This document shows positions 9,001 to 20,660 of a DNA stretch of 64,000 bases, in pieces. The stretch is from Macrostomum lignano (taxonomy: Eukaryota). How positions within the stretch are numbered: the first letter of the stretch is position 1; every line of letters begins with the position of its first letter. Made by a program: the position numbers and the translations under genes. The stretch covers positions 19,875 to 83,874 of the forward strand of contig NIVC01002477.1 of NCBI GenBank assembly GCA_002269645.1. Reading direction: 5' to 3'. The notes under the pieces are model-generated. The model was not told the origin of the DNA. It searched no databases and saw only the letters and a list, made by a program, of their open reading frames with translations.

Positions 9001-12000
9001 GATAATGGGATTGGAGGTTGGGATCATGGGATTCGAGGTAAGGACCATGGGATTTGATATTGGGATCACGAGATTCGAGATAGGGATCATGGGATTTGAG
9101 ATTGGGATCAACTGGGATTTCAGACCTAGCCAGAGCCAGCTCCGCCCGGGTGTCCTTCAGTCTGGCGGCGAGTTCGGCCGCCCGCTTGCGCAGCGCCTCG
9201 GCCTCCCGGCCGCTGGCCACCCGAGCAGCTTCAGAGTCGGCCCGCAGCGCGGCCACCTCCAGCCGCGAGTCCTTGAGCTCCAAGTACAGCGAGTCGCGTT
9301 CAGCGGCGGCTCGCTCAAGCTCGGCAACGCCAAGGCGACCGCGAGACTCCAAAGCCGCCAGCTGGCCGCTGCGGTCCTCGAACAGGCTGACGAGGTGCCT
9401 GCGGATGCAAATGGATCGTCGGCTATTGAAGTTTGCCACTGTGTTGAAAACTTTGCAGTGTAAACTGCTGTCTCTGTTACAGCTCCAGCTCCCGACTTTT
9501 CACCCAGACAGTCAGCCGCGTTCAAAGCCGATTCTACCCACCGGAAATCCACCCCGAGGCCCCCAAAACCCGCCAGAGAACCCGCCCCTAAACACTCCAG
9601 AAAATCCGCCCCTAAACCCTCTAGAGAATCCGCCCTTAAACCCTCCAGAGAATCCGCCCCTAAACCCTCCAGAGAATCCGCCCCAAACCCGCCAGAGAAC
9701 CCGCCCCCAAACCCTCCAGAGAATCCGCCCTTAAACCCTCCAGAGAATAAGCCCTTAAACCCTCCAGAGAATCCGCCCCCAAAACCCTATAGAGAATCCG
9801 CCCTTAAACCCTCCAGAGAATCCGCCCCTAAACCCTCCAGAGAATCCGCCCCAAACCCGCCAGAGAACCCGCCCCCAAAACCCGCCAGAGAACCCGCCCC
9901 TAAACACTCCAGAAAATCCGCCCCTAAACCCTCTAGAGAATCCGCCCTTAAACCCTCCAGAGAATCCGCCCCTAAACCCTCCAGAGAATCCGCCCCAAAC
10001 CCGCCAGAGAACCCGCCCCCAAACCCTCCAGAGAATCCGCCCTTAAACCCTCCAGAGAATAAGCCCTTAAACCCTCCAGAGAATCCGCCCCCAAAACCCT
10101 ATAGAGAATCCGCCCTTAAACCCTCCAGAGAATCCGCCCCTAAACCCTCCAGAGAATCCGCCCCAAACCCGCCAGAGAACCCGCCCCCAAACCCTCCAGA
10201 GAATCCGCCCCTAAACCCGGCAGAGATTCCGCCCCCAAACCCTTCAGAAACCTCCCCTAAACCCTCCAGAGAATCCGCCCCTAAACCCGCCAGAGAATCC
10301 GCCCCCAAACCCTCCAGAAACCTCCCCTAAACCCTCCAGAGAATCCGCCCCTAAACCCTCCAGAGAATCCGCCCCTAAACCCGGCAGAAAATCCGCCCCT
10401 AAACCCGGCAGAAAACACGCTCCCAGGCTGCACCTGTAGTCCTCCAGCACGCTCGCCAGCTGCTGCGCCCGCCCAGCCTCCTGCTCATACTGCCTGTCCC
10501 GCTCAGCCGCCAGTCTCGCCACCTCCTCGTCCCGCTGCCGCAGTCGCTCAGTCAGGTGTCGGAGCTCCTCGTTGGAAGCGGACAGCCGCTCCTCAATCTC
10601 CAGCCGCTCCTCCGACTGATCGGCGAGGCGGCGCTCCAGAGCGGCCACGTCGGCTTTAACTGCCTGCAGCTCCTTGGCTTGCAGCTCGCAGCGCTCAGTC
10701 TCTGCCGCGAGCTGAGTTGCCAGGCTGCGGGACTGCGCCTGCGTGTACTGCTGCTCCTCCGCCAGGGCTTTGGTCACCTGATGGGGGCGGGCCGCGATTT
10801 CAATGCGTGACGAAGTTGTTAAATTCTGGAAATCTCACCCTGATATCTCTTAACTGATGATTCAGAAATTTCATCCTGAGATCTATCCATGATGATTCAT
10901 AAATCTTACGCTTAGATCTCTTTTAATGATGATTCAGAAATCTCACCCTGAGATCTCTTTATGATGATTCAGAAATCTCACCCTGAGATCTCTTTATGAT
11001 GATTAAGAAATTTCACCCTGAGATCTATCCATGATGATTCATAAATCTTACCCTTAGATCTCTTTTAATGATGATTCAGAAATCTCACCCTGAGATCTCT
11101 TTATGATGATTCAGAAATCTCACCCTGAGATCTCTTTATGATGATTCAGAAATTTTACCCTGAGATCTATCCATGATGATTCATAAATCTTACCCTTAGA
11201 TATCTTCTAATGATGATTCAGAAAGCTCACCCTAAGATCTATTAACTGACGATTCAGAAATCACACCCTGAGATCCATTATACTAAAAATTCTCTTACTG
11301 TTGATTCAGAAATCTCAACCTGAAATCTATCCACGATGATTCAGAAATCTCACCCTGAGATCTCTTTTAATGATGGTTCAGAAATCTCACCCTAAGATCT
11401 CTTACTGTTAATTCAGAAATCTCACCCTAAGATCTATTAACTGACGATTCAGAAATCTCACCCTGAGATCTATTAACTGACGATTCAGAAATCTCACCCT
11501 GAGATCTATTAACTGACGATTCAGAAATCTCACCCTTAGATCTCTTACTGTTGAGTCAGAAATCTCACCTTGAGATTATTTTAATAACAATTCAGAAATC
11601 TCACCCTGAGATCTCTTACTGATAATTCGGAAATCTCACCCTGAGACCCGCCTGTCTCACCTGCTCCTTAGTAAGCGAGTCGGACTCCTCTTTCAGCGCC
11701 TCAATCAGGGCCCTGAGTTCGGCCACTTCAGTAGACTTGGCAGTCAGTTTAGTCTTGACCTCGTGCAGCTCGGTCTCAGCCGAGTCTCTGGCCTCGGAGA
11801 GCTCATCCCGTTCCGCCTTCAACTCTTCAACCTCAGCCTCGGCGGACTTGAGCCTCGGCTCGATCAGCGCTGACTCTTTGATTGCCTCCTCTCTGAGTCG
11901 CTTGGACTCCGCAAGCTCAGTCTGAGTCGAGTCCAGGCCCGACTCGAGAGCCGATCGCTTCGATTCCCAGGCTTTCCTGTCTCGGTCATAGTCGTCAATT

Positions 12001-15000
12001 AGGCGGGACAAGGTGGACTCCAGTTCGGCCACTCGGCTGGACCGGGAGTCCGCCTTCGAGCGCAGCTGCTCGGCCTCTCGACGGGCGTCTTCGGCTACGA
12101 GTTCCAGTCTGCAGTGGCGGAGGGGACGTTGAGGAGGGGACTGTTTGATTTACTAATAGTAGTAAGTTGCTTTGTGAGGTGAGAGGGTGAGAGGGTGAGA
12201 GGGTGAGAGGATGAGAGGGTGAGAGGGTGACAGAGTGAGATGGTGAGAGGGTGACAGGGTTACAGGGTGACAGAGTGAGAGGGTGAGAGGGTGACAGGGT
12301 GACAGGGTGAGAGGGTGAGAGGGTGACAGAGTGAGAGGGTGAGAGGGTGACAGGGTGACAGGGTGAGAGGGTGAGAGGGTGAGAGGGTGACAGAGTGAGA
12401 GAGTGAGAGGGTGACAGGGTGAGAGGGTGAGAGGGTGAGATGGTGACAGGGTGACCGGGTGAGATGGTGAGATGGTGACAGGGTGACAGAGTGAGAGGGT
12501 GAGAGGGTGACAGAGTGAGAGGGTGACAGGGTGAGAGGGTGACAGGGTGAGAGGGTGACAGGGTGACAGAGTGAGAGGGTGAGATGGTGACAGAGTGAGA
12601 GGGTGACAGGGTGAGAGGGTGAGAGGGTGACCGGGTGAGAGGATGAGATGGTGACAGAGTGAGAGGGTGACAGGGTGAGAGGGTGACAGGGTGAGAGGGT
12701 GACAGGGTGACAGAGTGAGAGGGTGACAAGGTGAAAGGGTGAGAGGGTGAGAGGGGCGATGGAGGCGAGAGGAGAGGTGGGGCAGCGGAGTTGAGATGCT
12801 CAATACAGAATTTGTCAAATTTGACCTTCTCTGTTCCTCGGCCGATCTGTCCCGCAGTTTCCTGAGCTCGGCCTCGTACTGGTCAGCTGACTCGCTGCAC
12901 CGGCGTTGCCAGGCGGCCTCCAGCTCGGACTTCTCGGCCAGGAAGGAGCGGCGCGACTCGGACAGTTCATGCTCCAGAGATCCGATGTCGCGCAGCCGGT
13001 CCTCGATCTCAGCTGAGAACTCTTGCAGGCATCTGGGTAGGGAGGAGAGAGCGCGAATCGTTGAATGGGGATTTTTATAGCAAGACATGTTTTGATTTTT
13101 TATAAACCCAGTGAAAAAGAAATCCTAGGATTTATAAAATCATCTGATTATTTTGACTAGGAAAATTTCAGACAACCTAAAATTGTGATGATTCTAAGCA
13201 TGGGGAATTCCAAGCAAGGAGAACTCAAAACAGGGGAAATCATAAACAGGGGAAACCCCAAAAAGGGAAATTTCAAACTTGGAAAACTCCAAGGAGGGGG
13301 AATCTCAAGAATGTGGGAATCTGGAGCATGGGGGAATACCAGTCATGGGGAATTCCAAGCAGGGGAATCTCAATCAGGGCAAATCCTAAGAATGTGGGAA
13401 TCTCAAGAATGGGGGAATCCCAAGCATGTAGAAATTTCATGCAGGGGGAATCTCAAGCATGTGGGAATCTCAAGAATGGGGGAATTCCAAGCAGGGGAAT
13501 TCAAAGCAGGGGGAATCTTAAATTGGATAATTCTAATCATGGGGAATTCCTAGCAGGGGGAATCCCAAGCATGTGGAAATTCCAAGCAAGGGGAAGCCCA
13601 AATAGGGGAATTCTAATCATGGGGAATTCCAAGCAGGGGGAATCCCAAGAATGAGGGAATGTAGAGTATTATACCTCCCAAGAAACGTCATACAAATTGT
13701 TAACATACTACTTCTACATTTTTATTCAGTAGTATACTAAGTAGCATGTATAAAATTAAGTACTGAATCACAGATATATTTTAATCAACCAATCACAAGA
13801 GAGTAAAGTCAAACATGTTACTTTTTGCAACCGACCAATCACGTGTGACCTACAATTATCAGTTCAAACCCCATCTGCGATTCATCATTAGGCGTGCACC
13901 CGGATGAACCAATCAAAGGTAACCAAAAATAACCCAGCTACAGTAACCAATACGCGCGCTTACACTAGACTAGTGGCCTAACTTTCTACCCTGTCATGCT
14001 TGACAGCAACCAAAGCGTGACCCTTTGACATTTACGAAAAAGGTGATGGACGACCTCGCGAGGGGTCCGCGTTTGCCTATAAATACAAGTGGTACGTAGC
14101 GGACCCGGAGCCAACAACCGAACCTCCAGAAGGAGGAGCTCCGAAGAGGAAGCCTTAGGAGGACTTCCTGCAGACCAATTAGTCAATCAAGACTCGGCTG
14201 AGTTTCTGTGGTAAGCCTTACTCATTTGCGCCGGTTGTTTGAGTCGACTCATTATTGTTGTTGAGTTTGAGTCTATTGAGACTCCATTGGTTGTAGTCTC
14301 CAGAAGGACTACCCTGATAGATCTTAGAGGACTATCAGTGATTACCGGAGCTATACCTAGAGTGCATTAAGGCACTGCTAGAAGGAGAAGGCTTAACTGA
14401 AACCGCAGTACGGCGCAGGGATCCCATTGTTAATACAAAGCTTCTGATTGGTTCGAATGACAGATTCCAGCCGGAAACGACTTCATTGGAAGTAAAGAGG
14501 AACCTGGACCAGGACAACTAAATCTAGACGTCTAAACTGATTGAAACTACGCAAAGGAAGAGCTCTCCAAAACAGGACTCAAAGTAATAAATACCTTCAT
14601 TTGATTACTGGGTTGCCTAGCAGTAGCTAGAAGTGATTGTTCTTTGATTACTGAGAAAGGTCTTAGTAATAAGGAACACATCAGGAATTCCAAGCAGGGG
14701 GAATCCCAAGCAGGGGGAATCCCAAGCAGGGGAATCCCAAGCAGGGGGAATCCCAAGCAGGGGAATCCCAAGCAGGGGGAATCCCAAGCAGGGGGAATCC
14801 CAAGCAGGGGGAATCCCAAGCAGGGGGAATCCCAAGCAGGGGAATCCCAAGCAGGGGGAATTCCAAGCAGGGGGAATTCCAAGCAGGGGGAATCCCAAGC
14901 AGGGGAATCCCAAGCAGGGGGAATCCTAAGTACTGGGAGAGTGGAATTCCAAGAACGCCTACCTCTCCAGTGTGGTCGCCAGCACGCCGTCTTCCTGTTG

Positions 15001-16177
15001 CGACACAGGCTCGCCCTCGACGAACGGCCGTCCACCTCGACGCCGCGTCTCCACGTCGGCCAGCACGCCGCGAACGTCGGCGAGGGCCGCCTCCAGGCCG
15101 AACTGGCGCCTCTTGGCCGTGTCCAGCCTCCGGTTGGTCTCCAGGAGGGCCGCCTCCTGCTCCCTGTTAGCCGCCTGCAGCGCCTCAACCGAAGCCTGCA
15201 GCCGACCAATCAGGTCGTCCTGCGCGGCCGCCTCCCTCGCTCGCTGATTGGCCAGCGACTCTCGCTGTCCGTTGGCCTCCATCAGGCGAGCCCGCAGGCC
15301 GTCCAGCTGCGCCCGGAGCTCCGCCTTCTCCCTCAGCTGGCGGTCGTGCGCGGAGCGCAACTCCCGGCGCAGATGCTCGGCCTGTTCGCGGGACTCGCGC
15401 AGCTCGCGCTCGGCTGAAGCTGGCGGCAGGAGAACCTCTGTGCGGGACAGTCGGGCTGACTGCTGCTGATGATGGGGCTGGTAGTAGCCGGAGTGATGAA
15501 GCGGAGAGGCTGAGCTGGTGTAGTGCAGTCGCTGCTGAAGATTCGTAGCCGCTGCAGCTTGAGCGTCCAGTTTGCTGCTGAAGCGGAAAAGCAGTTCGAC
15601 GCCCAAAGCTCGATTCCAAGTGCAGTCACATTAATTCGAGGCTAAATTGGAATCTCGGCTTGGCTCTGCCCTCGTGCAATTAAGGGCCGACCAGGGCGAT
15701 AAATAAAGTCAGGGCCCCTGTACATTCCTGTGTGAGGGTGTGCCTGTGCGTACGTATCCGCGCACTTGTGTGTCTGCTCAGGGGAGTCGGCGAAATGGGC
15801 AGCAATGCCTCTCGCCGGTTGTGTGACAATGTCGCTTAAATTTCTACAGGGTCCCTACACCCCGCGTCTCGAGCTAAAAAAGTTTGAGAAGTTTCTCACC
15901 TCATCGTGTCCAACTCGTGCTGCTCTGCGCTGCTGTCAGCCAGGTGATGGTAGTTTGAGGGCTGCAAACAAAACAAAAGCGAAATTTGTCGGTTTTTAAC
16001 AACTTCCCGATATGTATCGTAGCAAATATTTCGAAGCGTGAAGTATTCAAGAAATTCGCTCACCCGACTGCCAGCACCGCCAGGTCCGGCGAGAATTGCG
16101 TCGACCGACGAACTGCGTTGGTTTCCCCTGTAGGGACTGCGGCTCTGATCTGCAATGCCGCGTGAGCTCTTCATCAT
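6063..16177 (-). CDS. Long coiled-coil protein, CCDC158-like; 10 coding exons: 16177-16064, 15961-15900, 15577-14963, 13032-12826, 12108-11661, 10777-10434, 9398-9126, 7885-7651, 7054-6649, 6091-6063 (910 aa)
   Basis: All junctions are GT-AG with matching phases and sum to 2733 nt including the stop. Heptad-rich exons. The segment AAAQDDLIGRLQASVEALQAAN...LEAALADVRGVLADVETRRRGGRPF..EPVS..LATTLER resembles the CCDC158 N-terminal region as I recall it. Probable 5'UTR exons at 17223-17128 and ending near 18195. Confidence 0.85.
6160..6637. repeat. 21-bp intronic minisatellite (AATCTGCACATTACCCAACAC)
   Basis: About 22 tandem units in the last intron. Confidence 0.95.
7088..7640. repeat. About 22-bp intronic minisatellite (AATCCTCAGATCCCAATCTAA) with an internal orientation switch near 7450-7540
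   Basis: Direct reading. Confidence 0.9.
7930..9120. repeat. 21-bp intronic minisatellite (GAGATTGGGATCATAGGATTT)
   Basis: More than 50 units. The PISNPMI and KSYDPNL ORFs are translations of the repeat. Confidence 0.95.
9545..10415. repeat. About 23-24-bp intronic minisatellite (CCCTAAACCCTCCAGAGAATCCGC)
   Basis: Direct reading; a block near 9560-9870 recurs near 9880-10170. Confidence 0.95.
10825..11645. repeat. About 29-31-bp intronic minisatellite (GATGATTCAGAAATCTCACCCTGAGATCTCT)
   Basis: Direct reading. Confidence 0.9.
12177..12752. repeat. 8-bp intronic repeat (GAGAGGGT/GACAGGGT)n
   Basis: Direct reading. Confidence 0.95.
13195..14930. repeat. (GGGGAATCCCAAGCA)n-type intronic array, interrupted by a solo LTR
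   Basis: Degenerate units at 13195-13655 and homogeneous 19-20-bp units at 14684-14930. Confidence 0.9.
13660..14683 (+). mobile_element. Solo LTR (1024 bp), copy 1
   Basis: TGTAGAG...ACATCA termini, 4-bp TSD GGAA, TATAAAT near 14078, AATAAA near 14586; homologous along its length to 27301-28333. Confidence 0.9.
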
Positions 16178-16224
16178 TTTTATCCATGGAAAATGCAGAA
16201 GAAGCCAACTCTCTGATCCAATGC

Positions 16225-17080
16225 GAAGGGAAATGTCAGATAACAGAGGGAAACGTCAGATACAAAGGGAAATGTCAGATAACAGAGGGAAACGTCAGAT
16301 ACAAAGGGAAATGTCAGATAACAGAGGGAAATGTCAGATACAAAGGGAAATGTCAGATAACAGAGGGAAATGTCAGATACAAAGGGAAATGTCAGATACC
16401 AACAAAGGGAAATGTCAGATACCAACAAAGGGAAATGTCAGATACCAACAAAGGGAAATGTCAGATACCAACAAAGGGAAACGTCAGATACAAAGGGAAA
16501 TGTCACATAACAACAAAGATAAATGTCAGGTACCAACAAAGGGAAATGTCAGATACCAACAAAGAGAAATGTCAGATACCAACAAAGAGAAATGTCAGAT
16601 ACAAAGGAAAATGTCAGATACCAACAAAGGGAAATGTCAGATACAGACAAAGGGAAATGTCAGATGCAAATGGAGGGAAATGTCAGATACCAACAGAGGG
16701 AAACGTCAGATACCAACAGAGGGAAATGTCAGATACCAACAGAGGGAAATGTCAGATACCAACAAAGGGAAATGTCAGATACCAACAAAGAGAAATGTCA
16801 GATACCAACAAAGAGAAATGTCAGATACCAACAAAGGGAAATGTCAGATACCAACAAAGGGAAATGTCAGATACCAACAAAGAGAAATGTCAGATACAGA
16901 CAAAGGGAAATGTCAGATACCAACAAAGAGAAATGTCAGATACCAACAAAGGGAAATGTCAGATACAGACAAAGAAAAATGTCAGATGCAAATGAAGGGA
17001 AATGTCAGATACAGACAAAGAAAAATGTCAGATACCAACAAAGGGAAATGTCAGATACCAACAAAGGGAAATGTCAGATC
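16225..17080. repeat. 19-23-bp minisatellite (AAAGGGAAATGTCAGATACCAAC) in a probable 5'UTR intron
   Basis: Direct reading; the ORFs in 16096-17250 are translations of the repeat. Confidence 0.95.
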
Positions 17081-17564
17081 CCAATATGGGAAAAAACTGG
17101 TTATCCCAAACCGAGCAGAAAGCTGACCTCGACTCCTGCCGGCGCGGCTGTGAGGTCGCGATGAAGAATCATAAAACGTTGGCGTATCTGGTGGAGGCGG
17201 CGGCTGCGGCGGCCTCTGAGTTACTGCGGGCAAATTTTTTTTGTTGTTGATGCTTTTAAGTGCGAAATTTATTGGATGTTCGTGGCCAACTGTGAAGGAG
17301 GTTTTGCAAGTGTAAGTATAGAAAAGGAGCAGAAAAAAGTGCTTAGAAAAAGAGCAGAGATAGATAGGGAGCACTATTTGTGTAAGTTTCACAGTAGTAA
17401 ATTACCTGAGTCTGTTTGGCTTCTATCTGAAAACTCTGAGGATGCAATTAATGAGTTGGAAATTAATAGTCGTAGTGATAAGACCAATAATATATAGGAC
17501 GAACGAAAACAATTACTTTGATGATGCAATAACAATTAAATAAAACAAAACAATGCGGATAACA

Positions 17565-18015
17565 CCTCACACGGGGTGTACAGCAGCTTACACGGGGTGT
17601 ACAGCAGCTCCCACGGGGTGTACAGCAGCTCACACGTGGTGTACAGCAGCTCACACGGGGTGTACAGCAGCTCACACGGGGTGTACAGCAGCTCACATGG
17701 GTGTACAGTAGCTCACACGGGGTGTACAGCAGCTCACACGGGGTGTACAGTAGCTCACATGGGGTGTACAGTAGCTCACATGGGGTGTACAGTAGCTCAC
17801 ATGGGGTGTACAGTAGCTCACATGGGGTGTACAGCAGCTCACACGGGGTGTACAGCAGCTCACACGGGGTGTACAGCAGCTCACATGGGGTGTACAGTAG
17901 CTCACATGGGGTGTACATGCAGTAGCTCACATGGGGTGTACATGCAGCAGCTCACACGGGGTGTACAGCAGCTCACACGGGGTGTACAGTAGCTCACATG
18001 GGGTGTACAGCAGCT
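17565..18015. repeat. 21-bp minisatellite (CACACGGGGTGTACAGCAGCT)
   Basis: About 21 units. Confidence 0.95.
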
Positions 18016-18741
18016 CTTGCCTTTCTAATCGTTGAAACCAACTGATGAGTGGATCTCAGTAAGAATTGGAGATTTTTTTACTTTAGTTACTTAAACATTG
18101 AGAGAGAAGGGGGAAAAGAGAGGAGAGAAGAGAGAGAACAGTCAAATATAGGCAACCAAGTTGATATTCAGTGAATGCCTACAAATACTCACCTTATACT
18201 CAGCTATAAAGACTCAGCTTAACACCAGGTGTGATAGATATACTCAACAACATTAAAAAGTCACCAGCTTTGAGAGTACGCAGTAAATTCCAGCTCAGTA
18301 TTGACTTTTGAGTGACGCAACTTGCGCCACGCCACGCAGAGTTGGGCTGGGTGAGGAGGGATTGGGAAGAGCGGAGGGCGGATTGAAGCTTCCGCCCGGT
18401 TTCCATTTTTCTTTTCAAGCATTTTTCAAATCAAAATGGTTGGCCGGGTGATAGACGCTGGTCGAAAGACACTGCTCACTGGGGCAAAGGGCGGCCACTT
18501 TTTAATGTTGCTGAGTATACAAGTTGTCAGCACTCACCATCGGACAGAATTTCATCAACCTGCGACCTCAAAACCGAGCCCTCCAATTCCAGTTGGCGAA
18601 TCTGGTCGTCAAGCGATGCCCCGTCGTGAGCAGCTGGCAGACCGGCCGACATGTAGGAAGCCATGCGGGAGCCTCAGACTCAAGCTAAGCGCTTTTCAAT
18701 AATCTGCTGCGGTTTTTTTCTTGCAGAAATTTAATGCGTTT

Positions 18742-19655
18742 GTTTTCTTATCATCAGGCATGTACACTTTCTGTACGACCCACCCCCAGGGTGTACAGCC
18801 GCCCCTGTAGCTTTCTTATCATCAGGCATGTACACTTTCTGTACGACCCACCCCCAGGGTGTACAGCCGCCCCTGTAGCTTTCTTATCATCAGGCATGTA
18901 CACTTTCTGTACGATCCACACCCAGGGTGTACAGCCGCCCCTGTAGCTTTCTTATCATCAGGCATGTACACTTTCTGTACGACCCACCAAGGTGTACAGC
19001 TGCCCTTGCAGCTTTCTTATCATCAGGCATGTACACTTTCTGTACGACCCCCCAGGGTGTACAGCTGCCCTTGCAGCTTTCTTATCATCAGGCATGTACA
19101 CTTTCTGTACGACCCCCCAGGGTGTACAGCTGCCCTTGCAGCTTTCTTATCATCAGGCATGTACACTTTCTGTACGACCCCCCAGGGTGTACAGCTGCCC
19201 TTGCAGCTTTCTTATCATCAGGCATGTACACTTTCTGTACGACCCCCCCCCCAGGGTGTACAGCCGCCCCTGTAGCTTTTTTATCATCAGGCATGTACAC
19301 TTTCTGTACAACCCCCCAGGGTGTACAGCCGCCCCTGTAGCTTTCTTATCATCAGGCATGTACACTTTCTGTACGACCCCCCAGGGTGTACAGCCGCCCC
19401 TGTAGCTTTCTTATCATCAGGCATGTACACTTTCTGTACGATTCCCCCCCAGGGTGTACAGCCGCCCCTGTAGCTTTCTTATCATCAGGCATGTACACTT
19501 TCTGTACGATTCCCCCCCAGGGTGTACAGCCGCCCCTGTAGCTTTCTTATCATCAGGCATGTACACTTTCTGTACGACCCCCCCCCAGGGTGTACAGCCG
19601 CCCCTGTAGCTTTCTTATCATCAGGCATGTACACTTTCTGTACGACCTCCCCCCT
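18742..19655. repeat. About 65-bp minisatellite with a variable poly-C tract
   Basis: About 14 units of TTTCTTATCATCAGGCATGTACACTTTCTGTACGA(C)nAGGGTGTACAGCCGCCCCTGTAGC. Confidence 0.95.
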
Positions 19656-20234
19656 AAATTAACGTCATGGCCGCACACTTACTACACTTTCTAATTGCTT
19701 TAGTTAATTATAAGTTTTTTTAATGAGAAACATTCTCACCCAGCATCCATTTCAAATAAATCTAATTACCCTGCAAAACTGTTTTTCTTTTCAAAGACTA
19801 GATTAAGAAGACAGGTTTCTCACAGCACCACCGAGTCAAAGTACGAGTATAGCTCAGCACAGGGGGGGGGGGTTCTATTTGGCTAAATAGATGGAGCTAA
19901 ACAGCGTGTGCAGCACGAGTTCGAACAATGCCAGAATAGAAATTGAGTATACTACACACAGCAGACACACAGACCCTCAGCATTCGGTACTCGCTTGAGC
20001 AGCCTGCCTGGCATTTTGGAATGTTTTCATGGTCAGCTTAAAAACTTTGCGAGTTAAATAGATAAAATAGGTGGCCTTTACATAGAGCGGAGCACTCAAA
20101 GTTAAGGTTTGCTAAAGGTTAGCTTAAATGGCGACATTAATAAACAATACTTGGTCTTTCTGTCCATCTATCAGGGGCGTGGCGTGGACATGAGGGGCAT
20201 CGCGGCCTTCAATAATGACATGGTGCAGAAGCCC

Positions 20235-20660
20235 CTTTTAATGAAATGGCACCCCCCCCTCCATAACTAAATGTCGCCCTTCTCCCTCAATAATGAAATG
20301 GCGCCCCCTCTCAATAATGAAATAACGACCTTCTCCCTCAATAATGAAATGGCGCCCTTCTCCTTCAATAATGAAATGGCGCCCTTCTCCCTCAATAATG
20401 GAATGGCGCCCCCCCCCTCAATAACTAAATGGCGCCCTTCTCCCTTAAAAATGAAATGGCGCCCCTCTCAATAATGGAAAGGCGCCCCCTCAATAATGGA
20501 GTGGCGCCCCCTCAATAATGAAATGGCGCCCCCCTCAACAATAAAATGGCGCCTCTTAATAATGAAATGAAGCCCCTCAAAATGAAATGCCACCCCCAAT
20601 AATGAAATTGCGCCCCCAATTATGAAATGGCGCCCCCAATAATGAAATGGTGCCCTTCTC
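20235..20660. repeat. Degenerate 19-24-bp array (CTCAATAATGAAATGGCGCCCC), possibly inside a non-autonomous DNA element
   Basis: Direct reading; preceded by CAGGGGCGTGGCG near 20171; no second end identified. Confidence 0.8.

Noticed and set aside
7724-9439. 571-aa and 393-aa ORFs (PISNPMI/KSYDPNL repeats)
   Set aside because: Read-through of a real exon into an intronic 21-bp repeat; splice sites at 9126 and 7885 give a consistent model without them.
9545-10415. Interstitial telomere
   Set aside because: CCCTAAA occurs once per 23-24-bp unit, not as a tandem telomeric run.
16096-17250. Repetitive ORFs (GKCQIPTKGNVRY)
   Set aside because: Minisatellite translations on the strand opposite the host gene.
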